Source: Tubulanus polymorphus
Lineage: Eukaryota; Animalia; Nemertea
Reading direction: 5' to 3'
DNA length: 64,000 bases
Assembly: GCF_964204645.1 (NCBI RefSeq)
Contig: NC_134025.1
Location: 14,508,001-14,572,000 of the forward strand
The notes beneath the pieces were generated by a model. The model ran no database searches. It was not told the origin of the DNA and saw nothing but the letters and a program-made list of their open reading frames with translations. Both the position numbers and the translations under genes were made by a program. The first letter of the stretch is position 1, and the number at the start of each line of letters is the position of its first letter. This document shows, piece after piece, positions 36,250 to 49,601 of this stretch.

Positions 36250-37455
36250 AATTAACATGTGGAGTTCCGCAAGGTTCGATTTTAGGTCCTATACTTTTTC
36301 TTTTATTTATTAATGACTGTATTAACAGTTCAAAATTATTTCAGTTCATAATGTTTGCAGATGATACTAATGCCGGCTCAACTCCAGAACAGGTAGGCCC
36401 CTAAAAGTAGATCTGCGGGTTGGTTCCAACATTTTCACTGAGAAAAGTATTAATACGCGCAGATCGTGAAGTAATTTTCAGAAGTCGACAATCGGCAATC
36501 GGAAACCTGATAGTCGACGATTTCTCGAGTCGACAATCGGCAATCGGAAACCTGATAGTGGCCTTTCATAAAATTCAATGCTGTGATTGTGAGGGTGAAA
36601 TAGATGTAATTGTGATTGTGAGGGTGATATAGATGCTGTGATTGTGAGGGCGATATAGATGCTGCGATTGTGAGGGTGAAATAGATGTAATTGTGATTAT
36701 GATATAGATGCTGCGATTGTGAGGGTGATATAGGCCTAGATGCTGTGATTGTGAGGGCGATATAGATGTTGTGATTGTTAGGGTGATATAGATGCTGTGA
36801 TTGTGAGGGCGATATAGATGCTGTGATTGTGAGGGCGATATAGATGCTGTGATTGTGAGGGCGATATAGATGCTGTGATTGGGAGGGCAATATAGATGCT
36901 GCGATTGCGAGGGTGATATAGATGCTGCGATTGTGAGGGCGATATAGATGCTGCGATTGTGAGGGCGATAAAATGCTGTGGGTGATTGGTTTCTGATTGC
37001 CGATTGTCGACCCGAGAAATGGTCGACAATCAGGTTTCTGATATCCGACCCGAGAAATGGTCGACAATCAGGTTTCTGGCGGCAATTTGAAACCGAACCA
37101 CTTCCCTCATTTAAGAAAACCCTGCACGATGGAACTATTTTGACCTATTCTGGAGTTGAACCCTAATGGCTTCATATCTCACAAAGATTTAAAATCTCTA
37201 GAATTTCTGGTCAATAGGGAATTATCAAATTTAGATCTGTGGTTTAAAGTTAATAGACTTTCGTTAAATTTGAAAAAAACTCATTATATGGTTTTCAGTC
37301 GAGTAAAAAAGAAAAGTGAATTGAAAATATCTATATGTGGAATTAATATTGAAACAGTTTGTAGTACAAATTTTTTAGGTGTTCAGATTGATGAAAATTT
37401 TAACTGGAAGGAACATATAATGACTATTTCTAACAAGATCTCAAAGAATTTTTGA
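36250..37455 (+). pseudogene. CR1/L2-group LINE reverse transcriptase fragment interrupted by a MITE
   Basis: CGVPQGSILGPILFLLFIND..MFADDTN, resuming at 37171 with FISHKD..WFKVNRLSLNLKKT..FLGVQID..W.EH. Confidence 0.88.
36375..37162. mobile_element. MITE with GG..CC ends, 8-bp TSD and internal 26-bp tandem array
   Basis: TIR GGYTCAACTCCAGAAYAGG. TSD CTAATGCC / CTAATGGC. Array ATATAGATGCTGTGATTGTGAGGGCG at about 36578-36978. Confidence 0.88.
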
Positions 37456-38154
37456 GGATTTGGGGAAACTAGGACCACTTTTGCCTGGGGAAAATGTCCA
37501 TCTAACGGTTTAAAAAACGGGAACCCTGGAAACGTGAATTTGTTTCACTAATTAAACTGATATCTCCTCATGCATCCACTCACTACTATTTAGTCAATTC
37601 TTAACGCTGTCTTCGACCATATTGGCCTTATGGCCCTCTTGTTCACTAATGCCAGGCAATGATTTGCGGGGCGAGACAATTTCCGATGAAAATCATTTTA
37701 TGGGGAGTGGTGTTCTGACTAATCCGAATAAAACTATCAAAACTGAATTGACCGAATCTGATCTTTTATTCTTCCACCTTTTTTATCTTCTTTCTCTGAA
37801 CATGTGCTTTAATAGAAACAACCATTTAGTGGCACCCTCTATTTATATGCACCAACTAATAATTGATTATTTTCACTAATTTCAATAAACCATTAATTCC
37901 CCCTCCTGCAAGAGGGCCCTTGCAACTACTAAATCGACAACAAAATCGAATAACGGATTAAAGTCTATATGAAAGGTCAATATAATAGAACGATTATTCC
38001 AAAACATATAATCTTGATATCGGACGAACATAATCCTTGGAACCAATTTTCACACGAACCATTACTACTGGGTTAGATCTCGGTAAATCTGCCCGATCTG
38101 CCCGATGGCCATTGTCAACCTAGAGTATTCTTGTCAATACAGACCACATTGTCG

Positions 38155-38477
<323 letters not shown>

Positions 38478-38997
38478 ATAATATATATGTATATAAATTT
38501 TGGTGAGCGTTCGTCGCACACGGCGTTTTGACACGCGTTGATGAAATTGCTTATCACCGGGCCCACAGACGTCACCAGCTGCTAAATAATTGACTCGGCC
38601 TGGGTGAAGTCTTACTTCCAGATTCCAAGTAGAGCAAGACATTCGTCATTTGACCAATTCTATCCTTTGTCAGGTTTAGACAATTTTGCGAATTCGATTT
38701 TATTCTATCACGCTAAGTGTCGTTTAAACACGATTCAAAACACGAAAGTAAAAGGGATGATGATTGCGACATACGAATACGGATACGAATATTTGTTACT
38801 CTCCAAACATTTCCAACGCGTTCTCAAATGTTTTGATACTTTCTCAGTTTGTATCAAAAATATTGCCGATTTTAGGTCCTGAAAGTCCTGAAAAATGATA
38901 AATTTACAGTGTAAAATCGTACAAACGTGTCATCTATACCACAAAACACTTTATTTCCTGACCAATTTATGATGTTATGTGTGGGCCATAGACCTCA

Positions 38998-39225
38998 ATA
39001 TCTGCCTGTGATCTCAACTTTCAATTAAGATTACGTAAGCTACTCGTGCCCAAAACGCGGCAGGCGCACAATAGAAAGTTACGCGCAGGGTACTTTTATT
39101 GTCGCCGACATAGAGGACCGGTATTTTGCTAATTGGATTCGGGAGGTTTAAACCTCCCAAGGTCAATTTACTAAAATTGTGACCTTCAGGGAGATTCTAC
39201 GAAAGGCCGATCGTAATCAATTTTG
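38998..39225. repeat. Dispersed repeat; inverted copy at about 46486-46710
   Basis: Shared palindrome GGGAGGTTTAAACCTCCC and about 220 bp of colinear inverted similarity. Confidence 0.85.
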
Positions 39226-41340
39226 GTTGAACTTGATACCATAATGCTCACTGGTTTTAATGTCAAACCATGTAGTCCATATTTGGTAAGTTGTAAATTA
39301 CTTAAAACCGAAAGAAAAACCCATTATTGGATCGAGTTTTTCCTAATTACACGAATTACTTGAAACATCTAATAAATGAAATGTATACACAATACCAATA
39401 AGAACAACCTGATTTGATTCTGTTCGGAATTCATTCCTATATTTTCGTCATAAAAATCGGAGGCAGTATTTCTCATTGATTTTTTCAATAGCGTCATTTC
39501 AGCCATGGACTGTAAAAAAACGTTACTGATTCCATGGTTAAGCTCGTTTTCGAGTCAAATATTGCATTTGATTCATTTCTATCTCGTTGTGGTTTTATCA
39601 AAGCTATATTTTCACAGTCCGATCAGTAATACAAATAGCTAGTCAGTTACCAACGGTATAGCCAATAATCTACAGAACCACCCGAATAGCGAAAATTAGC
39701 AAATTGTACCAGTGATACCAGTTTTTGTCATGATTTTATCGAACATGTCATTCAATAATCGATGTGATCGGGTAAAAACTCGCCCCGTAAAGGTCCCTTT
39801 CAGTAAAAATCCCCTAGTTAAATATACCCCAAGGTAAAGGCCCTTGGTAAAAAACCCGAATAAAGATTTTTCAGTGTCTAGTTGGATGTTCTTTTCTTGT
39901 TCCTCTGTATACCTGTATACCTTCTCTATCAGAAAGAAATGTTGTTAACTGCAACTATCCGTTAATCAAACTGTTGAATTATATTTGATAATCGGGAGTG
40001 ATGAAAAGTTAGGAATGAAAATTAACGGTTTAGCTACTTATATTTAGTTTAAAATCATGTGTTCTGCTTTAACAAATGCACTGTTTTATCTAAAAAATAT
40101 TATTTGACCCGAGTGCCTCAATCAGGGCTACATCAACAGTCCATCTCACTGATTACTTCATCACAAATAATCACCAGCCATTGAAATGTTTAATCCTTAT
40201 ACAATACAATACAATTATCTCAAATCTAAATTTCATGAGATAAATGCTCCTAGATTTCATAGGTTTTATTCCAACTGTTGCGACAGTCATATCAAAACTG
40301 GACTATTCATATCAATAGACGTTAAACTGGACTGTTAATAAATAAAAAGTATTTAAGGCCATATCATATATCTGAAGTGCGCTATGTTTTGCCTTGCAGT
40401 AATAATTTGATTTGTCACATGATTACTCCATATCTTCATATAATTTCCAAATAAACGAATACATTTCTATTGTTATGTTAAATGACATCAGCAAAAGCAA
40501 ATAGACACAAACTACTAAACTACTGTGTTTAGGATGGTTTAAGAGATTGGACGCCGATTGATACGAAAACTAGATTTCATGCAATCATTTTCTTTCTTTA
40601 AAATCGTTGCGAATTAACGCGCGAGTGTTCGACTCTGGACGAACGGTTAATGGAATTTTATCGGGTTAGTCTTTCTATAGCCGACTAGCTATTGAATACA
40701 CGTGATTAAGCCATAAGTAAATAAAGAAGTTACTTGGGATGTTTAATTAATTGATGACAATGTACAAGTAAAACCAGGCCTATGAGACACCCGTAATGTA
40801 AAATGATATCATGCAAGATATTCATATAAGCGTATTTTAGTCCTGATTTGAATGAATGTACCCACATTTTTGGCAATGAATCGAGACTTGGTTTTATCCC
40901 ATAGCATCATCGCTAGTATATGCTTGAGATGAGATTGTTGGTTTATATTTTGAACTCTGTAAAGAAGTTTTGTACATTTAAGCGTGAATTACGCACTGTG
41001 ATGAACTATTGTACGAAATAACATATTAAATTCAATGAAAGAATCTTAATGTTCCAAAAGAAATATAAGTGTAGTTAAGATTAATAGTTGTTTTTTTTTC
41101 TTAATGAAAACCGATGATATCAAATAATTTAGGTTATTATCCCCAAAGTAAAAATCCCCCGGTAAAATATTCCCAATATTTGATTTAACTAACATAAGAT
41201 CAACACAATTTATTATGTTCAAAAAAACTCAACTCATAGATTCTAGATTTTATTGCACTTCTATTAACTGAAGATGATAGTAATGATGTATAGATGTATA
41301 ATATGATGACCGAACGTTTGATGAGGAATAACTTCTGTGG

Positions 41341-43550
41341 TTAGATAGATAGTTTATTCTTAATCAAAGTGTATACTACACTTGTATGACAGATAATCAA
41401 AATTACAAATCTTAACAAAATAATTTAGTCAAAATTACATCTTGAAAAAACAGAAATATTTAGTTGATGGGGTAGCTATATTTACTCGGTTTGGTCGCCT
41501 CGAAGCATTCTCCGTCTACTGAACATTGAAATCAAATATCTTCCAACAGATCTAAGTTTTCCGATTGAATTAGTAGTTAGAAGTTGAATAAATTTTGCCA
41601 TGCTAGGATGTGTTCTAAAATAACGAGGTAAGAGATTACTTCGAAGCGAGTTGTATGAGGGGCAGGACATGAGAACGTGATATTCGTCCTCAATTTCGTC
41701 AGTGGAGCAAGTTGTACAAGTGCGGTTTTCTCTCGGCGTTAAGGGCCTGGTCCATCTACCTGTTTCAATCCTAAGATCGTGACTGCCGCATCTAAATTTA
41801 GAGATTAGGTTAACTATTTTTGTGTCATTAATGTCAAGGTATCGTTCGTATACGAAACGTCCTTTGAAATATCTATAAAGATTAGGGCTACGTTCTAAAG
41901 CCACCCTCCACGACTGAATGTACTGGTCTTTCAACCTTTGTTCGACGAGTTTTAAAAAGAATCGATCATTTTGAACTTCTTGCGCTAGCCAATAATTGCC
42001 GACACCTAGGCCGTTAAGGAAGTCACGCATTTTTGAGGCCCAATTACAGGTGCGCGGGCTGTTCTGAATATCACCATAAAGCAGATTGTAAGTTTGGCGT
42101 AAAAGTGTGTTCTCCTCTGACCGCAGAATTTTTAACCAAAACTTTGCTGCCGAGATTTGTATATCTATAGACAGAGGGAAACAGCCTAGTTCACCGTAGA
42201 CCATTACATTCGGTGTCGTGGCGCGCACATTGAGTATGTATTTACAGAATTTGACATATTGAACGGATTCTATATTTCTAACATTTTCAAATGCCCAGAT
42301 TGGGCTACCATACATTAATACTGATTTCACTAATGAATCAAAGATATCAAGCTTGGTTTTAGGTGAAATGAGTCTCGCGTTTAGCAAATACTTCTTGAGT
42401 CCAAAGCAAGCTCTTGTACCTTGATCGGCCTGCGACTTGATTGCAGCAGACATTTTGCCGTTATTTGACATAGTAATGCCAAGGTACTGAAAGGTTGACA
42501 CCTCTTCCAGTAGGACATTGTTATAAAAACATAAAAGGGGGTTACGGTTATTTCTACGGTACCCAATTTTCATTGTCTTTGTCTTATCAGAATTCACAGA
42601 TAGTTTCATCTTTTTACAATAATCATGCAGAATATCAAGCGCACCCTGCAATTCTCCGGGCGATTGGGCTAGAATGACGGTATCATCGGCGTAAAGCAAA
42701 ACATATAGTTTGAATAAATTAAAGTCAATGCCTGAATGGCCATTGTTTATAAAAAATTCTTCCATGTCATTAATATAGATATTGAAAGGTACAGGCGAGA
42801 TACAGTCGCCTTGCCTTACGCCGACGGTGCAGTCAAAAAAGCTAGATATGAACCCATTGTTTTTGACACATGATTCACTGTTAGCATACATAGATTTAAT
42901 TATGTTATAAACTTTGCCAGTGATACCAGCTTCCAGGATCTTTTTCCAGAGAATGTCGTGGTTCAAATAATCGAAGGCCTTAGAAAAATCTACGAATGCC
43001 ATACACGCATTTTTCATTTTCTTCGTTATACAGTGATCGATGATTGAAGATAATACAAAGGATTGATTTATAGTACCATTATTTGGCCTAAAACCGGCCT
43101 GTGCATTATTTAATACTTGGTGGGCCTCTAACCATTGTATAATGCGTGTATTCAGAATAATTGAAAATATTTTTCCGAAGCAGCTCAAGACGGTGATACC
43201 TCTATCATTGTTTGGGTCGGAAGTCATCCCTTTCTTATGAATGGGTGCAATGCAGCCACTGCTCCAATTTTGTGGGTAATACCTGATTGAAGGATGACAT
43301 TGAAAAAAATGGTCAGCACAGGTGTTAGGGTTTCAGAGGCAGTTATAAGTATTTCTGGTAGGATATTATCAAGACCCGGTGATTTGCCTTTTTTTAGATT
43401 TCTTATCGCTCTTATAACTTCATCTCTAGTTATGGGGATGTCTAGATCGTGAGGCATATTAATAGCTTCCGTATCATTTTCATTAAGCAAAAGATCAGGA
43501 TCAATGTCATCGTTTGATTCAGATTGAATTATTCCGCGAAAAAAAGTTTC
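41341..43550 (-). mobile_element. Non-LTR retrotransposon (RTE-X-like) ORF2, 5'-truncated or degraded, frameshift at about 43225
   Basis: KSPGLD, RGITVLS, QAGFR, FVDFSKAFD, GVRQGD, YADD, H.LRIETGRW..C..C..EDEYH..C. AATAAA plus (CTAT)n tail near 41345. Confidence 0.9.
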
Positions 43551-46500
43551 GATACAATTCTCATTCTTAGGATACGAATCGGTTGATTGAATTCGGTCAT
43601 TTAAACTACTGGCTAATTTACAGTGGTCACTATTGAAACGATTAATTGAAGTGCCCTTGAAATCAAGATAGATTCCTGTTGCGTAAATTAACTAATTTTC
43701 AAGCGACCACCTTCTATTGTCGGTATTCGGTTAGCTCTTGGTTAGCCAGAAGTTTTACCATAAAGACTCAGACTAGATGATTGAATTAAATCTTTGAATC
43801 AAAATATTGTCACTGGAGTAAATATTTATTTTACCTAGGGGATTTCTACCTACAACCATCTAAAATGCCCCAGGCCCTAAATCCAGTAGGTTTATGGCGA
43901 AAGGTTAAGATTAGGAATGTATTAGCAATTTTTTGAAACAGTATTTTGTCTCCCGATGATCTGATTTGCAGGTCAGACTTATTGTTGACCAAAGTTCTTA
44001 AAGTGAATTGCTTTAAAGTAATAAATATCAATGAAACAATATCATAAATTCTGAAGTGAGTTATTTTGTAATAATCCAATTTAAGTGCACTCCGATGCAT
44101 GCTAAATTCTTATAAATTCATTTATAAATTTAATTTATACATTTTCCCTCCTTACTTATTCATTCTATATTAGTTTTACTAATGAACATAACAGTGGCTT
44201 CTGCCTAATGTCAATAAGCAGCGATTGGGTGCCGCCTCTCTGTGTTAATCTATCACGAAAGATTTAACTCGATTAGAGCCGCTGAAAACGTATTTCTTTG
44301 CAGCCTAGAGTTTATGCATACATGTTCTAAATCAAGACAATATGCTCTATATCAGAGCCTATACTAAAGAAAGCATTCTAAAGCATGCACTCATAATTCG
44401 TTTAAGAGTCCGAGGCTTAATTGTGAGAGTTGTTATACAATGAGTAATTAAATGGTGGGATTACAATGGGAGAGATCATTTCATCAGCCACATCGTTGCC
44501 CCAGGGAGTTAGTTATATTCGTTATAGCCAAAATACCTTGACCATGGACTCTAAAACGTTTTAATGTCTAAATCGTTTTAGAGTCCATGACTTGACAGAA
44601 TATAGAAATTTGCCCAGAAAAAGTTATGCATATTCCAACAAAAAAGAATCAATAAAGACTTATATTATTTGAATGAAGAGACGAGTAGTACTTTAAAGGT
44701 TAACTATTTATTTCGACGCACGAGCTTTCGCTTCTAATATAGCTTCGGAAACAAAACCTAGTCTTAAGAACTACCAAGTTTCAAAGAATTTTGTTCCCTT
44801 ATGATATTGAATGGTGTGAAATTGAAGTGTCCCTAATGAAATATCTTTATGTAAGTTCAACTAACTTACCCAGTTAGTGATGATAGTTGAATAATTAACA
44901 AAATAATAGTTGGAATATCGTTTAGGACAAATTAGGATTTTACCGGGTAAGTTTTTTCCTTATAGGCTACCTTTTTGAAGAGCATGCATCCTGAGATACG
45001 TATACAAAAATTCGTTTGACGTTTCACGGTAGAACATATTTGGACATCAATTAATCACGTGAAGGGGATTGGACATCAATTAATCACGTGAAGGGGATGA
45101 AATGACAATTTGTCACTGCTGAGCTTATTTTCCTTCACTGAACTTTTTCTAATTTTTTCAATATTCTCTAATCCGACAGTATATACGCTGCGTACTAACA
45201 ACTGTACAGAATTTCGGGTTTGGGTTGTTTTTGAAAAAAAACAGATTCCCAGAAAGTTGTAATTTTTGGGTTCTTGAAAATGGCCAATATGTTATAGCAG
45301 ATTAATGTATAAAACCGCAAGGAATAGCTACAATAAACAACATGTATCCAGGAAAATATATATTTCAGAACACGATTGATTTCACTGAATTTAGCCTCAT
45401 CATGTAGGATAAAATGAACTTCTGTTGATATTGCGATTGTGCTGTCGTTAGCTGTCCCATAGCTTATTCGACTCGCTATCGAAAGTAACACAACAATGGT
45501 CACATGTGTCAATGAACTTATCGCTATTCGAAGTAATGTGCGTATTGAAAAATTTCTCAAGCACTTCGAATTTCCGATTGCTTAACCGCCAAATTTGCAT
45601 TCGAAATATTAAGCCGATCTATTCTAATTCATACCTGGTCGTGTTATAAGCAATTCAAGCGTTTAGTTTGTACTTTAAAATAAAATGAAATAGATTGATT
45701 GATGAAATACAAATCAAGTCAAACAAACTCAACTAACTGACTACTGCTGAGTTATTTGTATTTGATGAAAGAACATATTCTAGTTACTGACATTGGCTCG
45801 AACCTTGATTATTGTCTAAGTTGTACTATAACTAACATGCCAATGGATGTGTACATGCGCCTCTCTGATTGGCTAGAATCCTTGCATTCGATAGAAACTG
45901 ACGGCATCAGTGAACTAACGGGGAAATTAGAATTGTATGTTTGACCACGGATTCTTCGTTTTTGAGTCCATGGTTTTGGCTCTGGTTTTATTGTGAGTTT
46001 GATTAACGTTCATTGTAGAGAACAATGGTGGGGATTCGAATAACGTGCATCTTTTATTCAGAAAGAGTATCATTACGTATATACATATAGAAATTATTAC
46101 AATAACTTTCAGAATTATCGCATCAGGTAGAACCAGTGAAAAAGCCGTTGTAAAGCCGCAAAGTAAATTGAATGAAATTGACATAATGTCAACGTCTTAC
46201 GGTCAACAAATGAAACATATTGTACAATAATGAACGAATCAATGAGTAGTGCTCACGCATTTGTTTCCATTTCATAAGAATCAATTCCAAACAGATGAAT
46301 CAGATTCGAATTTTTGCTTCTTCGTTATGCGAAGTTTTTTTTATATCAGGGACTCTTAAACGATTTAGGTTTTAGAGTCCATGGTTATATGAATATCTTA
46401 TGATTTCTCAACTTTCATCAAATACTTAGGAATGCCATTGACAGATTTTCAAACCATTGAACGTTTGGGTAAAAAGTTCTGCTAAATTTGATTACCATCG

Positions 46501-46710
46501 GCTTTTTAGATAATCTCCACGAAGGTCACAATTTTAGTGATTTGACCTTGGGAGGTTTAAACCTCCCGAATCCAATTTGCGAAATATCGGTCCTCTTTGT
46601 CGGCGGTAATGAAAGAATACATAGAGCGAAGTTTCTATCGTGCGCCGGCCGCATTTTGTACACGAATAGCTTACGTAATAAATAGAAAGTCGAGATCACA
46701 GGCGTATATA

Positions 46711-47055
46711 AGTAATAGGGAATAAGTTGTTTCATACCAAAGGTCGAAGGGTCGAGCTCATAAAAAATAAAAAATAAATTCTCGCAAACTCGAATTTATT
46801 TTTTATTTTTTACTCACTCGCCCCTTCAACCTTTGATATGAAACAACTTATTCCCTATTACTCTTAAAATATTCATATGTATGAATAAAATAAAAATGAA
46901 TAACTTCTAAAATCAATTTTAATAAAACATTTGATATTAAAATGGAAGCAAATAAGTACTACTGTCCAACATGTAATATCAATGTAGATAAATCCTAAAA
47001 AGCAAGACACATTAAAACTAAAACACATTTAGAGAATAAATTGAAACTAGAATAT
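46711..47055 (+). repeat. Left TIR of Polinton-B (345 bp), including a terminal 152-bp imperfect palindrome and a dead copy of the start of ORF 63029-63787
   Basis: Reverse-complement match to the window end. ATGGAAGCAAATAAGTACTACTG at 46942. Confidence 0.95.
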
Positions 47056-47406
47056 TTACAGTTATATTTAGAACAGTTAACAAAGGCAAAGAAATTTATT
47101 GATCAATGGAACAATGATCCAAATAATGAACAATACGTTGAGTCTTTAATGAGTGGTTAAAGAATAATAGATTTTAAATAAAAAATATTAAAAAAACAAT
47201 AACTTCAACTAGCTAGTGAATTCTATTATATTTTTAATATTTTCTTTTCAAAAAAGAATACTTTATATCACAAATAAAAAATACTAAAAAAACAATAACT
47301 AATACTAAAATTCTTTACCTTTAACTAACTAGTATTAACCCAAAGAGATACTAGTATCATTTTATAATACTTATAATATTTTTCTTATTAAATTTCTCTA
47401 ATATAA

Positions 47407-48009
47407 ATGTCAAAGAAATCTAATAAGAATAGTATTGATATTGAAAAAACATTAGATGATTTAGGTATTAGTGATAATAAAGATACAGTTGTTTCTAATT
47501 CTATTCAAGTTAATAACAATATAGATTATGAATACTATTTATATTGTAAGCATCATCTAGAACTATTGATTGCCGGTGGAAAAACTAATGAGTTTTTAAA
47601 TAGAATCATTACTTTTCAAGAATTAGATGCTATGAAACCAGATAAAGTAATAAAATATTTTAAGATTTATGAAGAAGCTAGATTAGCTAGAATAAATGAT
47701 TCTATTTCAGATGGTATTGTCAAATGTTATTCTAAGTTATGTAACCAGTTAATACCAATTGATGATGAAAATAAATTATATAGTGATTTGAAAAATGACT
47801 ACTTAGTTATGACTGAATTACAAAAATGGGTTGGATATGCTTCATTCCAATTAGGATCGGTTATGACATTAATTTCTACTGGTGTCATAACATTTTCGAA
47901 CATCAAGCCTATGGAATATAAATCAGGTAAGAACGAAACAGATGTACTACAACCAAACGTTGAAACAGAAAATGAATCAGAACAAAAATTAACTAAAATA
48001 AATGAGTGA
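47407..48009 (+). CDS. Polinton-B hypothetical protein with a hydrophobic C-terminal segment
   Basis: 200-aa ORF with TAAATG start. VGYASFQLGSVMTLISTGVITF. Confidence 0.75.
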   Translation: MSKKSNKNSIDIEKTLDDLGISDNKDTVVSNSIQVNNNIDYEYYLYCKHHLELLIAGGKTNEFLNRIITFQELDAMKPDKVIKYFKIYEEARLARINDSISDGIVKCYSKLCNQLIPIDDENKLYSDLKNDYLVMTELQKWVGYASFQLGSVMTLISTGVITFSNIKPMEYKSGKNETDVLQPNVETENESEQKLTKINE

Positions 48010-48491
48010 TGGAGTTAAGAAAAAGGCTAGATCCGAGAAACAAATTAAATGGGCAAGAGAATTAGGTAAAAGATCTTCAGAATTAAAAAAAGGCTAAGAA
48101 AAATAAATTAACTGATATAGAGAAACAAATTATATGGGCAAGAGAATTAGGTAAAAGATCTTCAGAATTAAAAAAAGCTAAGAAAAATAAATTAACTGAT
48201 ATAAATGAATCACAGACTTTATCTGATATTGATTCAAATAATAATCCATCTAATAGATTCAGCACAGCTGAATCTCATAATTACTTATATATTACAATTG
48301 GGTTAATCACAATTATTATATTCTCCGGGGTAATATATAAATCAAAATTCAAATCTGATGATAACAATAATGATTCCAATGACAATCGGAAACTTAGTTA
48401 TCCGTGTACAGACAATAAACCTATTATACCAGAAAATAAGTCAAATCATAAAACAATTGAAACTAAATCTAAATTATTATTAATGGATTAA
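48002..48491 (+). pseudogene. Small single-TM protein frameshifted by an 85-bp tandem duplication
   Basis: TAAATG start. EKQI.WARELGKRSSELKK duplicated at 48036 and 48121. TM YLYITIGLITIIIFSGVIY. Confidence 0.7.
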
Positions 48492-48497
48492 AATAAG

Positions 48498-49601
48498 ATG
48501 AAAAAAGAACAATATTTAAGAGATTTATATTATAACCCAGAAAGTGAAGTATCATATTCTAACGTTACAGAATTATGGGGTAAAATTAAATCTGATAAGG
48601 AAAATGGTGGTATAAAATATAGCGAATTAAAATCATGGTTACAAAACCAACCCACATATCAAATCCACAAGAAAATGGATAAAACTTATTTAACAAGAAA
48701 AGTTATGGTTTCATATATCGATCAACAATGGCAAGCAGATTTAATTGACATGAAGAACTTAGAAGAATACAACAAAGGATATTTCTGGATATTAAATGTT
48801 ATAGACATATTCAGTAGATACGCATGGTCAATTCCAATCAAAAATAAAACTGGAATAGAAGTAACAAATGCTTTTAAATCTATATCTAAAGAAGCTATTC
48901 CAGATAAGATACAATTTGATGAAGGTAAGGAATTCTATAACAAACATTTCAAAAAACTATTATCTGATAACGATGTAGATTATTTTTCAACACATTCAGA
49001 TAAAAAAGCATCTATTATAGAAAGATTTAATAAAACATTGAAAACTAGAATGTGGAAATATTTTACTGCTAATGAAACATATAAATATATCGGTGAGTCT
49101 ATAAATATATTAGATGATTTAGTGAAAGGTTATAATAATTCTAAACATAGTTCTATAAATATGAAACCTATACAAGCTAGAAAAGAAGATAATTCGGAAA
49201 TAGTTTGGAATAATTTATATGGAGCGTTTGTTACACACGATTTCGGTGAACCTAAATTTAAAATAGGACAACACGTAACAATATCTAAATATAGAAAAAC
49301 ATTCTATAAAGGTTATACTCCAAATTTTACTGAAGAGATATTTAAAATTAAAAAGATAATATTAACTAAACCTTTTGTTTATAAACTAGAAGATCTAAAA
49401 GATGAAGAAATATTAGGTTATTTCTATGAACAAGAATTATCACTTGTACCAAATCCAGATGAAATAGAATACAAAATAGAAAAAGTATTGAAAACAAAAA
49501 CTCTTAAAGGAAAAAAGTATTCTTTGGTGAAATATAAAGGATACGATGATAAATTTAATGAATGGATTTTATCTAGTAAAATTAAAAGAATAAATGAATA
49601 A
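48498..49601 (+). CDS. rve integrase with chromodomain, intact
   Basis: WQADLID, IDIFSRYAW, QFDEGKEF, IERFNKTLK, LVKYKGY..NEW. Confidence 0.95.
   Translation: MKKEQYLRDLYYNPESEVSYSNVTELWGKIKSDKENGGIKYSELKSWLQNQPTYQIHKKMDKTYLTRKVMVSYIDQQWQADLIDMKNLEEYNKGYFWILNVIDIFSRYAWSIPIKNKTGIEVTNAFKSISKEAIPDKIQFDEGKEFYNKHFKKLLSDNDVDYFSTHSDKKASIIERFNKTLKTRMWKYFTANETYKYIGESINILDDLVKGYNNSKHSSINMKPIQARKEDNSEIVWNNLYGAFVTHDFGEPKFKIGQHVTISKYRKTFYKGYTPNFTEEIFKIKKIILTKPFVYKLEDLKDEEILGYFYEQELSLVPNPDEIEYKIEKVLKTKTLKGKKYSLVKYKGYDDKFNEWILSSKIKRINE

Noticed and set aside
36420-37067. SPSQSQHLY repeat protein ORFs
   Set aside because: Translations of the 26-bp tandem array inside a MITE.
43550-44100. Endonuclease domain of the LINE
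   Set aside because: Only a faint ILDGCR resemblance; too degraded to support.
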